NCBI GenBank assembly: GCA_020724525.1
Contig: DYGU01000006.1
Coordinates: 13,210-77,209 of the forward strand
Direction of reading: 5' to 3'
From: Dehalococcoides mccartyi
Lineage (GTDB): Bacteria; Chloroflexota; Dehalococcoidia; GIF9; DYGU01
Length of the DNA stretch: 64,000 nt
Below the pieces are notes generated by a model. That model saw only the letters and a list, made by a program, of their open reading frames with translations. It had not been told where the DNA came from and did not search any database. Of this stretch, positions 48,382-57,369 are shown in pieces. Every line of letters begins with the position of its first letter. Positions within the stretch are counted from its first letter, which is position 1. Both the position numbers and the translations under genes were made by a program.

Positions 48382-49464
48382 ATGGCATTAAGCTTGTTCA
48401 AAAGTCTGATGATACCCAAAACCGCTTCGGTTTACCCCCTTAAGTGGCGAAATCGTCTCTATGCCTTAGTTGCTCTGGTATTTCTATCTGTTATCATCAT
48501 AGTCTTAGCTTCCAGTATAGGTAGCACCCAAGTTCCCTTCTCCACTGTCTGGGGCATTTTGCTTGACAGATTACCTTTGGTGAATCTAAACCCTGCCCGG
48601 GAGTCAGTTACAGAAACCATAGTGGCTGATATCCGTCTGCCCAGGGTAATTCTGGCAAGCCTTGTTGGCGCGGCTTTAGCTGTAGCTGGAGCTACCTATC
48701 AAGGATTATTTCGTAATCCTCTGGCTGACCCTTATCTTATCGGGGTAGCCCAGGGAGCCGCCCTGGGAGCTACTATCGGCTTTTTATTACCCTTGAGGGT
48801 AACCAGCTTAGAAGTTGTTCCGGTGTTTGCCTTCTGCGGCGCTCTTCTTGCCGTGGCTATTGTCTACAGCATTGCTCGGGTGGGCAAGACTTTACCCATC
48901 ACTACCCTTATTTTAGCTGGCGTGGCTCTGGGGGCTTTTTTAGCCTCCATTACTTCCTACCTGATAATCGCTTCAGGCGATAGACTACACGGCATAATCT
49001 CCTGGCTTTTGGGCAGGTTCTCTTTGAGCAACTGGGGGCAAGTAACAGCAGTAACACCTTATATTTTAATGGGTGTAGCCGTCATCTGGCTTTATGCTCG
49101 ACCTTTGAATATTATACAACTTGACGAAGAGCAAGCCCAGCAATTAGGAATAGATGTAGAAAGGGTCAAACTAATGTTACTGGTGGCAGCTACTTTGATT
49201 ACGGCTGCCGCGGTGTCTTTCTGTGGTACCATTGGCTTTGTCGGTATCATTGTGCCCCATGCCATTCGCCTCCTCTGGGGACCTGACTATCGCTTTCTAT
49301 TACCTCTATCTACCTTCGCCGGAGCTATCCTTCTGGTATTAGCCGATACCACAGCTCGAACTATCCTGGCACCGGCTGAGATTCCGGTAGGAGTGATTAC
49401 CGCTTTTTTAGGTGCTCCCTTCTTTCTCTACCTCCTGCGACAAAAGAAACGAGCTATATTTTAG
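48382..49464 (+). CDS. btuC: ABC transporter permease, FecCD/BtuC family (corrinoid/iron-siderophore type)
   Basis: 360 aa with ~9-10 TM helices. The start is moved to MALSLFKSL because the track start at 48340 lies inside the terminator hairpin. The gene sits downstream of the B12 riboswitch. Confidence 0.8.
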   Translation: MALSLFKSLMIPKTASVYPLKWRNRLYALVALVFLSVIIIVLASSIGSTQVPFSTVWGILLDRLPLVNLNPARESVTETIVADIRLPRVILASLVGAALAVAGATYQGLFRNPLADPYLIGVAQGAALGATIGFLLPLRVTSLEVVPVFAFCGALLAVAIVYSIARVGKTLPITTLILAGVALGAFLASITSYLIIASGDRLHGIISWLLGRFSLSNWGQVTAVTPYILMGVAVIWLYARPLNIIQLDEEQAQQLGIDVERVKLMLLVAATLITAAAVSFCGTIGFVGIIVPHAIRLLWGPDYRFLLPLSTFAGAILLVLADTTARTILAPAEIPVGVITAFLGAPFFLYLLRQKKRAIF

Positions 49465-49476
49465 AAAGGACTGTAG

Positions 49477-50295
49477 TTGTTTAACCTGAGATTAGACAAA
49501 ATTAGCCTTGGCTACGGCGACCGGACAGTGCTAAAAAATATTAGCTTAGAAGTTGAGCCCAGGCAGATGGTAGGTATTATTGGTCCCAACGGCTGTGGTA
49601 AGTCCACCCTGATTAAAGGGATAACCCGCTTGATATCCTGGCGCTCTGGAAACATATTTGCTGATGGTAAGAGCATTGCCAGGCTAAGCCGTAGCGATTT
49701 AGCCCGGCTTATAGCCGTAGTCCCTCAGAATGCTTTTCTGCCTGACTTATTTACCGCTTTTGAGGTAGTCTTAATGGGGCGAACGCCTCACCTCGGTTAT
49801 TTCCGCTATGAGAGCCATAAGGATATAACCATTACCAAAAGAGCTATGGAGGTTACTCAGACTATTGCCTTAGCTGAAAGAAGGATTGGTGAACTTTCTG
49901 GTGGCGAGAAACAGCGAGTCACCATTGCCCGGGCTTTAGCTCAAGAGCCAAAAGTTATTCTCCTTGATGAACCCACAGCCCATCTGGATATCAACTACCA
50001 GATAGAAATCCTTGACCTTGTTCGCAACCTATGCCAGGAGCGAGGACTGGTAACAATAATTGCTCTCCATGACCTTAATCTGGCTGCCCAATATTGTGGC
50101 CGCCTGATTCTGCTTCATAAAGGTAGGGTCTATCGTCAGGGTACCCCCCAAGAAGTAATTGATGCTCAAACCATTAAAGAGGTCTATGGAGCCCAGGTCA
50201 TGGTTTGTCCCCATCCCATTAATGAATTGCCAGCTACTTTTGTTGTGCCCGGGGGTCTGACAAGGACTAAAGAAGAAGTTAAGCCGATTGGATAA
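49477..50295 (+). CDS. btuD: ABC transporter ATP-binding protein (BtuD/FecE type)
   Basis: Walker A GPNGCGKST, signature LSGGEKQRV and Walker B ILLDEPT. Confidence 0.8.
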   Translation: MFNLRLDKISLGYGDRTVLKNISLEVEPRQMVGIIGPNGCGKSTLIKGITRLISWRSGNIFADGKSIARLSRSDLARLIAVVPQNAFLPDLFTAFEVVLMGRTPHLGYFRYESHKDITITKRAMEVTQTIALAERRIGELSGGEKQRVTIARALAQEPKVILLDEPTAHLDINYQIEILDLVRNLCQERGLVTIIALHDLNLAAQYCGRLILLHKGRVYRQGTPQEVIDAQTIKEVYGAQVMVCPHPINELPATFVVPGGLTRTKEEVKPIG

Positions 50296-51217
50296 TGCCT
50301 TAATTGTTCTTATCGCCTTGGTCATTGATATTAGCTTTGGCGAGCCACCCAACCGATGGCATCCAGTAGCCAGGCTGGGAAAGGCTATCTCATTAGAAAT
50401 GAAGCGGGCTCCGAAAGGGTCTAAAGCTCAATTAATCTATGGGATAGGCATGGTGATGATAACTTTAGTGGTCATTCTGGTACCAGTCTATTTTCTCCTT
50501 GTTTATCTGAAGCAAATGAGTTCAATAGCTTATGTTCTAATTGCGGCTATTCTGTTGAAGTTTACCTTCTCGTTTCGGGGGTTAGGACAGGCTGCACTAT
50601 ATGTCCGAAAACTATTGGCTCATGATAATCTGGAGCAAGCCCGAAGCCATTTATGCTCTTTGGTCAGTCGGGATACTACCTTTCTCAATAAGCAGCAAGT
50701 AGTATCAGCTACGGTGGAGTCAGTAGCTGAGAATACTTGTGATAGTTTTGTAGCTCCCCTTTTTTATTTCGTTTTCTTTGGCATTCCCGGAGCTGTGGCC
50801 TACCGTATAGTCAATACTTTTGATGCTATGATAGGTTATCACGGAAAATGGGAATATTTAGGGAAGTTTGCTGCTAAACTTGATGATCTCCTGAACTTTA
50901 TACCTGCTCGTTTAGCTGCCTCATATATAGTTATGTCTACCTGGGTGCAAGGTAATAACGCCTCACGAGCCTGGCGGATTATGTGGCGTGACCATGAGTT
51001 AACGGAAAGCCCTAATGCTGGTTGGACGATGGGTGCTGCTGCCGGCGCTTTGGCTGTCCAGCTGGAGAAGTTAGGATACTATCGTCTGGGTGATGACCAT
51101 AATCCCCTGACGGAGGAGACAATAGATTTCTCCCTCCATATTCTAACACTAGTGACTATTATGTGGAGCCTAACATGTTTATTAGCGGAGGTGGTACCGC
51201 TTGTCCTCGCCCCTTAA
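50288..51217 (+). CDS. cbiB: adenosylcobinamide-phosphate synthase (CbiB/CobD membrane protein)
   Basis: 309 aa integral membrane protein with the CbiB-family NRWHPVARLGK N-terminus. Confidence 0.8.
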   Translation: MDNALIVLIALVIDISFGEPPNRWHPVARLGKAISLEMKRAPKGSKAQLIYGIGMVMITLVVILVPVYFLLVYLKQMSSIAYVLIAAILLKFTFSFRGLGQAALYVRKLLAHDNLEQARSHLCSLVSRDTTFLNKQQVVSATVESVAENTCDSFVAPLFYFVFFGIPGAVAYRIVNTFDAMIGYHGKWEYLGKFAAKLDDLLNFIPARLAASYIVMSTWVQGNNASRAWRIMWRDHELTESPNAGWTMGAAAGALAVQLEKLGYYRLGDDHNPLTEETIDFSLHILTLVTIMWSLTCLLAEVVPLVLAP

Positions 51218-52310
51218 ACCAAAAATAACAGGGCTTAGGCCATGTCCTCATGGCGGCATTGACTATTTGGAGCTGGAGAGGTTAAAGATTTCTCCCGAAT
51301 CTGTAATTGATTTCAGCGTTAATTCAAATCCTTTTGGACCACCACCAGCAGTGACAAAGGCTTTAGCCGAAGTGGCTATTGACCGTTATCCTGATTCTGA
51401 GGCTATTGAACTGAGGCGAGCCTTAGCCACTAAATTAGGAGTGACTACAAACAATATCTTAGTAGGTAACGGCTCCATTGAGCTGGTCAGACTTGTGGCT
51501 CTGGCTTATCTCGAAAAAGGAGACTTAGTTCTTATTCCCCAACCTACCTTTGGCGAATATGAAGTTGCCTGCCGCCTTGCCGGTGCTCGATTGCTGAAAC
51601 CCTGGGCTGAGAGAGAGGTAAATTTTCGAATAAGGGTAGCTGGCCTTATTCACTTAATAAGACAGCATCAGCCTAAGGCTATTTTTTTAAGCAATCCCAA
51701 TAATCCTACCGGACAGTATCTCAGTAAAGAAGAGGTTGAGGAGCTGATCGACACAGCTAAAGACAGTCTGGTGGTAATAGACGAGGCTTATATAAACTTT
51801 GTGGATGATGGCTGGTGTTCTATAAATTTGATAAAGAAAGGTAATTTGCTTCTGTTACGGTCTATGACCAAGGACTATGCCCTGGCTGGGCTGCGTTTAG
51901 GTTATGTAGTAGCTGAAGAATCCATAATTTCCAGCTTGCGCCAAGTCCAATCTCCGTGGAGTGTCAATGTAGTAGCCCAGAGAGCGGGGCTTTTAGCTTT
52001 AAAGGAGGAAAGATATTTTGAGGCGTGCCGGAATGGAATCTGCGAAGCCCGGAATTTTCTGGTAACGGGGCTGACTTCCTTGGGTCTGCATCCATTACCG
52101 TCACAGTGTAATTTCTTTCTACTTGAAGTTGGTGGAGCTAAACAATTTCGGCAAGCGCTCTTGGAAAAAGGGATTCTGGTTCGTGATTGTACCTCTTTTG
52201 GTTTGCCTGAATACATTCGGTTAGCAGTGCAGACTTTGCCCCGGTGCCAGCGGCTGATTACGGTTATAAAGGAGTGTGGAATTTTATATAAATGTTGGCT
52301 AAGACATTAA
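51201..52310 (+). CDS. cobD: L-threonine-O-3-phosphate decarboxylase (class I/II aminotransferase fold, CobD/CobC type)
   Basis: 369 aa PLP-enzyme fold. The SMTKDYALAGLRLGY region provides the PLP lysine. It sits between cbiB and cobQ. Confidence 0.7.
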   Translation: MSSPLKPKITGLRPCPHGGIDYLELERLKISPESVIDFSVNSNPFGPPPAVTKALAEVAIDRYPDSEAIELRRALATKLGVTTNNILVGNGSIELVRLVALAYLEKGDLVLIPQPTFGEYEVACRLAGARLLKPWAEREVNFRIRVAGLIHLIRQHQPKAIFLSNPNNPTGQYLSKEEVEELIDTAKDSLVVIDEAYINFVDDGWCSINLIKKGNLLLLRSMTKDYALAGLRLGYVVAEESIISSLRQVQSPWSVNVVAQRAGLLALKEERYFEACRNGICEARNFLVTGLTSLGLHPLPSQCNFFLLEVGGAKQFRQALLEKGILVRDCTSFGLPEYIRLAVQTLPRCQRLITVIKECGILYKCWLRH

Positions 52311-53812
52311 TGGTCCAGGGCACGGCTTCGTTTGTGGGTAAAAGTGTTATAGTTGCCGCCTTATGTCGTATTTTTCGTCAGGATGGCTTTCGGGTTGCCC
52401 CATTTAAAGCCCAAAACATGGCTCTTAATTCTTATGTAACCAGGGAGGGTGGTGAAATCGGACGAGCCCAGGCAGTCCAGGCAGAAGCAGCCGGTATTGA
52501 GCCGACAGTGGATATGAACCCCATCCTCCTTAAACCTGAGACTGACTCCCGGTCACAGGTAGTTATTTTGGGTAAGGTAGCTAATAACCTCAAGGCTGAA
52601 GACTATTATCAATATACCCCCTACCTTCTAAAAATAGTTGAGGATTCCTTAGGCAGGTTACGGGCTAATTATGATATTGTGGTCATTGAAGGTGCCGGCA
52701 GCCCTGCCGAGATTAACTTAAAGAGACGGGAGATAGTCAATATGCGTCTTGCCCGCAGAGTCAGTGCCCCCGTTCTTCTGATAGGAGATATTGACCGAGG
52801 TGGTGTCTTTGCCTCCCTTGTGGGCACTCTCCGCTTACTCACCCCCAAGGAACGACGTTTAGTCAGGGGGCTCATTATTAATAAGTTTCGGGGCGACCCT
52901 AAATTGCTCAAACCAGGTCTAGAACTTCTGGAAAAATATACTGATAAACCGGTATTGGGAGTAATCCCTTATTTTCGCGGTATTACCATCGCCCAGGAGG
53001 ATTCCGTTTATTTAGAAGACAAAAACCAGGAATTCTTAATAAAAAAAGACGACTTGAATATAGCTATTATCCACTTGCCCCATATTTCTAATTATGATGA
53101 TTTCGACCCCCTTGAGGCTGAAGGTTGCCAAGTCAACTATATAAACAGTCCCCATCAGTTGATTAACCCGGATTTGATTATTTTACCGGGAACAAAGAGC
53201 ACTATTGCTGACCTGACTTTTCTGAAAGAGTCGGGCTTAGCCCAAGCTATTTTGGACTGTATAAAGGCGGGAACCCCAATGATAGGTATCTGTGGCGGCT
53301 ATCAAATGTTAGGAAAAAGCATCGCTGACCCTTATCATATAGGATCCCAATTGGAGGTAGCCTCCGGTTTAGGGATTCTTGAGGTCAATACTATTTTTGA
53401 CCGGAGAAAAAGAACAGTACAGGTAAAAGCTCAAGTAATTGGCGACAGTGGCTTACTCTCAGGATTGAAGGGTATGGAGGTCAGTGGCTATGAAATCTAT
53501 AAGGGGCAGACTATGTGGCAGGACTGTCCCCCAGCTTTCCAAGTTCTGGAAACACCCCAGGGAAAGGTAGACTATTTTGATGGGGCGATTGGTAACGACG
53601 GTTGGGTAATGGGTAGTTATCTTCATGGCTTATTCCATAATACTAATTTCACCCGAGGGTTATTGAATAAGTTACGACAAAGGCGGGGGCTGTCCCAAAG
53701 GACAGGAAGCTCATCCCTTAGCCGAGACGAGGAATATAATAGGTTAGCCCAAATAGTAAGACAGAATATTGATTTACCCCAAATTTACAGTATAGTTTTT
53801 GGAGGAGATTAA
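52292..53812 (+). CDS. cobQ: cobyric acid synthase
   Basis: 506 aa. The N-terminal DTB-synthetase-like P-loop domain is GTASFVGKS. The C-terminal GATase-1 domain is GICGGYQMLG...H. Confidence 0.85.
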   Translation: MLAKTLMVQGTASFVGKSVIVAALCRIFRQDGFRVAPFKAQNMALNSYVTREGGEIGRAQAVQAEAAGIEPTVDMNPILLKPETDSRSQVVILGKVANNLKAEDYYQYTPYLLKIVEDSLGRLRANYDIVVIEGAGSPAEINLKRREIVNMRLARRVSAPVLLIGDIDRGGVFASLVGTLRLLTPKERRLVRGLIINKFRGDPKLLKPGLELLEKYTDKPVLGVIPYFRGITIAQEDSVYLEDKNQEFLIKKDDLNIAIIHLPHISNYDDFDPLEAEGCQVNYINSPHQLINPDLIILPGTKSTIADLTFLKESGLAQAILDCIKAGTPMIGICGGYQMLGKSIADPYHIGSQLEVASGLGILEVNTIFDRRKRTVQVKAQVIGDSGLLSGLKGMEVSGYEIYKGQTMWQDCPPAFQVLETPQGKVDYFDGAIGNDGWVMGSYLHGLFHNTNFTRGLLNKLRQRRGLSQRTGSSSLSRDEEYNRLAQIVRQNIDLPQIYSIVFGGD

Positions 53813-54926
53813 CATGTCTGATTCTCTGGAGCGAATAATTAAGGCAATAAAGCCTCTTGATGAAGTTGCTATGGAAGCAGCCCGAAAACGCCAGGATAGC
53901 CTAACTAAGCCTCAGGGAAGTCTGGGTCGGCTGGAAGAACTATCTATCAAGACTGCTGGCATTAAAGCTGACCCTCTGCCTAAGCTCAAGCACAAGGCTA
54001 TCATTATCATGGTAGCCGACCATGGTGTGGTCGCTGAGAGCGTGAGTCTTTACCCCCAGGAGGTTACCCGACAGATGGTCCTTAATTTTCTTGAGGGTGG
54101 GGCGGGCATAAATGTTCTGGCAAGCCATGTCGGAGCTCGGGTAGTTATTGTGGATATGGGAGTAATTGGAGGTTTTCCACCACTCCCCGGGCTTGTATGT
54201 AAAATGATTGACTTTGGCACTAAAAATATGGCTAATGGACCAGCTATGTCCCGGGAACAAGCTTTAGACGCCCTTGAAGCTGGAATTAAAGTAGTTGAAG
54301 CTGAGATGGGCAAGGGACTTGATATTGTTGGTACTGGGGATATGGGCATCGGCAATACTACTGCCGCCAGTACTATTTGTGCTGCAATCACCGGGGAGCC
54401 AATAAAGAAGGTTACTGGACGGGGCACTGGCATTGGTGATAAACAGTTAGCCCATAAAATTGAAGTCATTAAGCGAGCTTTAGCCGTTAACCATCCTTCA
54501 GCCAGAGACCCCGTAGATGTTTTAGCCAAAGTTGGCGGCTTTGAAATTGGTGGTTTAGCCGGTGTCATTTTAGCCGCGGCTGCTTACCGCATTCCAGTAG
54601 TTATAGATGGCTTTATTTCCGGGGCTGCGGCTCTCATTGCTTCAGGACTATCACCCCGGGTAAAAGACTACCTCATTGCTGCCCACGTTTCGGCAGAGCC
54701 AGGACACGCCTTGCTCCTTAATTTCCTCGGCTTAAGACCTTTACTTAATCTGGAGATGCGTCTGGGGGAAGGGACTGGAGCTGCTTTAGGCATCTTCTTA
54801 GCTGAAGCCGCCACCAGGATTCTTACCGAAATGGCTACTTTTGCCGAAGCTGGTGTCTCAGAAGCCCAGCCAATTCCAGAAGATACTATCAAGAAATGGG
54901 GTCACCAAAAATCGCCGATTTTTTAG
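53799..54926 (+). CDS. cobT: nicotinate-nucleotide--dimethylbenzimidazole phosphoribosyltransferase
   Basis: 375 aa with CobT family motifs (GDMGIGNTTAASTI, GGFEIGGLAG). The start could be the Met at 53814. Confidence 0.85.
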   Translation: MEEINMSDSLERIIKAIKPLDEVAMEAARKRQDSLTKPQGSLGRLEELSIKTAGIKADPLPKLKHKAIIIMVADHGVVAESVSLYPQEVTRQMVLNFLEGGAGINVLASHVGARVVIVDMGVIGGFPPLPGLVCKMIDFGTKNMANGPAMSREQALDALEAGIKVVEAEMGKGLDIVGTGDMGIGNTTAASTICAAITGEPIKKVTGRGTGIGDKQLAHKIEVIKRALAVNHPSARDPVDVLAKVGGFEIGGLAGVILAAAAYRIPVVIDGFISGAAALIASGLSPRVKDYLIAAHVSAEPGHALLLNFLGLRPLLNLEMRLGEGTGAALGIFLAEAATRILTEMATFAEAGVSEAQPIPEDTIKKWGHQKSPIF

Positions 54927-54952
54927 GGGTAAAAGAAAGGTAGTAAGTAGTC

Positions 54953-55693
54953 TTGGGCTTTTGGGCTGCTGTCCGGTTTCTAACTATTTTCCCTACCCCA
55001 AAACGCTACAAAATAGAAGACAGGGAAATAGGTGCCTCCCTGACCTACTTTCCCCTAATAGGTTTAGGAATAGGAGCCATTCTAACAGGCTTGGACTATG
55101 GGTTAGGGTTATTGCTGCCCATGGCAGTGGTAAACGCCTTACTTATTTTAGTTCTGGCTATTGTCACCGGGGCTCTTCATCTTGACGGCTTCGTTGATAC
55201 CTGTGATGGTGTCATTAGCGGTAAAACGCCAGAAGAAAGGCTAACCATAATGAGAGACAGTCGCACTGGAGCCTTTGGAGTTATCGGAGCTTTTCTACTG
55301 CTACTGGTCAAATATGCTGCTTTAGTTTCTATCTCTGGGAAGTTAAGAATGCCTGCCCTCTTCCTTATGCCAGCTTTAGCCCGCTGGACTTTAGTTGGTG
55401 CTATTTTCTTTTTTCCTTATGCCAGAAGTTCAGGCATGGGGCTCCCTTTCAAACAAGGTGCTAGGAGAGTAAGGCTTATTCTGGCTACTGTCATAACTTT
55501 AGCTGCCTCCCTGGTTCTGCTAAAAGGGCTTGGACTGGTAATAATAATGTCTTTGGGGCTTATAATTTTGGGTATAGCCACCTACCTTCGTTCCCGGTTG
55601 GGAGGACTTACCGGCGATAGTTATGGGGCTATTAATGAAGCCTCCGAAGTAACCTTCTTAGTTTTACTAATCCTTTTTAGTCAGTGGCTATAA
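54953..55693 (+). CDS. cobS: cobalamin 5'-phosphate synthase (cobalamin synthase)
   Basis: 246 aa membrane protein with CobS motifs (LTIFP...DG.VD..DG). Confidence 0.85.
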   Translation: MGFWAAVRFLTIFPTPKRYKIEDREIGASLTYFPLIGLGIGAILTGLDYGLGLLLPMAVVNALLILVLAIVTGALHLDGFVDTCDGVISGKTPEERLTIMRDSRTGAFGVIGAFLLLLVKYAALVSISGKLRMPALFLMPALARWTLVGAIFFFPYARSSGMGLPFKQGARRVRLILATVITLAASLVLLKGLGLVIIMSLGLIILGIATYLRSRLGGLTGDSYGAINEASEVTFLVLLILFSQWL

Positions 55694-56265
55694 TGACTGA
55701 ACAGTTATTCTCTAAAAAGGTTACTTTTGTTCTCGGTGGGGCTCGCAGTGGCAAAAGTTATTTTGCCCAAAAGTTAGCCAGGAAACTGGGAAAAAAGGTG
55801 CTCTTTGTGGCTACCGCTGAGCCTCTGGATAAAGAGATGCAAGCCCGTATTGAGGAGCATAAGAAGTTGCGTCCTTCTTACTGGCGAACCCTTGAAATAG
55901 CCAGTGGCATAGCCGGGGAAATAGAGACTCAGTCTGGCGATGCCGAAGTAGTGGTTGTGGACTGCCTGACTCTGCTTGTTTCCAATATCGTGACCAAAAA
56001 CTCTGACTATAACCAGGCAGAAAAACGGGTGATAGCCGAAATTAATGAGCTCATTAACTGCCTGGACAGACTCAATGCCAGCTTTATTATTGTTTCCAAT
56101 GAAGTGGGGCTGGGCATAGTGCCCGAAAACGAGCTGGCACGCTTTTACCGCGACCTCTTAGGTAAAGTCAACCAGCTTATCAGCCAGAAAGCCGATGAAG
56201 TCTATTTCATGGTTGCCGGCATTCCACTGAAAATAAAAGGGGAGCCCTCACCAACCAAAAGTTGA
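55684..56265 (+). CDS. cobU: bifunctional adenosylcobinamide kinase / adenosylcobinamide-phosphate guanylyltransferase
   Basis: 193 aa. The P-loop GGARSGKS and the CobU family length are present. Confidence 0.85.
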   Translation: MAIMTEQLFSKKVTFVLGGARSGKSYFAQKLARKLGKKVLFVATAEPLDKEMQARIEEHKKLRPSYWRTLEIASGIAGEIETQSGDAEVVVVDCLTLLVSNIVTKNSDYNQAEKRVIAEINELINCLDRLNASFIIVSNEVGLGIVPENELARFYRDLLGKVNQLISQKADEVYFMVAGIPLKIKGEPSPTKS

Positions 56266-56289
56266 CAGTTACCTTCCTGGGCCTATAAT

Positions 56290-56441
56290 CACCCCTCTGC
56301 CTTTCGTAAATACAGTCTGTCTCTTCAATGAACCACTGCCGACCGACCTTTGTTCCTTTAATTCGACCTTTCCTGAGTAATCGCTGAAGCCATTGTTTGA
56401 CTTATCCCAAATCTTTTGGCTGCCTCTTTAGCGGTTATCAT
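56290..56441 (-). pseudogene. excisionase/HTH_17-family DNA-binding gene remnant with a 1-nt frameshift
   Basis: The minus strand reads ATG MITAKEAAKRFGISQT. The next frame continues WLQRLLRKGRIKGTKVGRQWFIEETDCIYERQRG. This is the typical excisionase motif (..VKEAA..LGVS..TIYRL...G.I...K.GR.W.I). Confidence 0.4.
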
Positions 56442-56548
56442 CTCACCCCGACCCTAATTATAACAAGACGCAAATATAAATAATCAATAGGATTTAAGAA
56501 AAAAGCCAACCTTAATCAGGTTGGCTCCAGAGCAAACCACAGTGTTAT

Positions 56549-56833
56549 TTAAGGTTGAGCTTTAAGGACTTGCCTTGTCTTTTCTGATTCTGAGACAACT
56601 AGCTGGGCCAGGTATTTTATAGCCTCAGCCATTTCTTTTCTTGCCTCACTCTGTCCTTGTTCTATTCTAATGAGTATTTCTCTTAGCTCTTTTCTTGTCT
56701 CGATATGTCCCTCTTCCATTCTGGTGAGAATTTTTCTTGTGTTTCTTCCATTTATTATGGCATAAACTGTAATGAATGCACCTAAAATGGTTGACATAGT
56801 CCCGGCTAAAGCCAATAGTTCCCAGAGACTCAT
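56549..56833 (-). CDS. small single-pass membrane protein with coiled-coil repeats (paralog 4 of 4)
   Basis: 94 aa with the TM helix LWELLALAGTMSTILGAFITVYAII. The helical repeats are TRMEEGHIETRKELREILIRIEQGQSEARKEMAEAIKYL. A bidirectional hairpin, agccaaccttaatcaggttggct, lies downstream. Confidence 0.5.
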   Translation of the reverse strand: MSLWELLALAGTMSTILGAFITVYAIINGRNTRKILTRMEEGHIETRKELREILIRIEQGQSEARKEMAEAIKYLAQLVVSESEKTRQVLKAQP

Positions 56834-57159
56834 CTCACACCTCCATTTCCGTTTCCTGCTTCTATCAACCCTTATATCTTTTTAATCTGCTACCTCCAGT
56901 TTAGGAAACTGAATAGGGGCTGTCAAGGCAGTAGCTTTAATAAATTTGTCTACGCACGTTCTCAGGCTCCTTTTGGGCTGAAGTATATTGACTTTAGTAA
57001 TACTCGGTCTTCCCATGGGTAAAAAGGGCATAGATTAAAAAGCTTAATTTGAGGTCTAGCCTTATAAGTTCCCTTAAAGTCAACGCCTGCTTCAACAGGG
57101 CTTGACTTTTTCACTGGTTCTGCTATACTAACCACAAAATAAAATAAATTGTTTAGGTT

Positions 57160-57312
57160 GAGGTGCCCGAGGGCAATCGAGGGCTTAATGGGAAAGCAAG
57201 CTGGTGGAATTCCGGCGCAGTCCCGCTTGCTGTAACAGCCAGAACGCCTGCCTCAACAACAATAACCACCTCCGCGGAGTCAGGGGGCAGGGTTTTTTAG
57301 TTAGCTTCTAAA
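57160..57312 (+). promoter_or_regulatory. cobalamin (B12) riboswitch
   Basis: ggttgaggtgcccgagggcaatcgagggcttaatgggaaagcaagctggtggaattccggcgcagtcccgcttgctgtaacagccagaacgcctgcctcaac has a closed P1 stem (ggttgagg...cctcaac). The AATGGGAA, GGTGGAATTCC and GCAGTCCCGC motifs are present. The B12 box AGCCAGAACGCCTGCC is present. Confidence 0.8.
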
Positions 57313-57346
57313 ATCCCTCTACCGCTGTGGTGGAGGGATTTTTTAA
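57313..57346 (+). terminator. intrinsic terminator (riboswitch expression platform)
   Basis: aatccctctacc-gctgt-ggtggagggatt followed by TTTTTA. It lies 24 nt before the btuF start. Confidence 0.5.
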
Positions 57347-57369
57347 TGCCAAAAAGAAGGAGATTATTA

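Noticed and set aside
54050-54892. Minus-strand ORFs of 172 and 74 aa inside cobT
   Set aside because: They are antisense to cobT and have Pro/Ala/Ser-rich low-complexity translations. Spurious.
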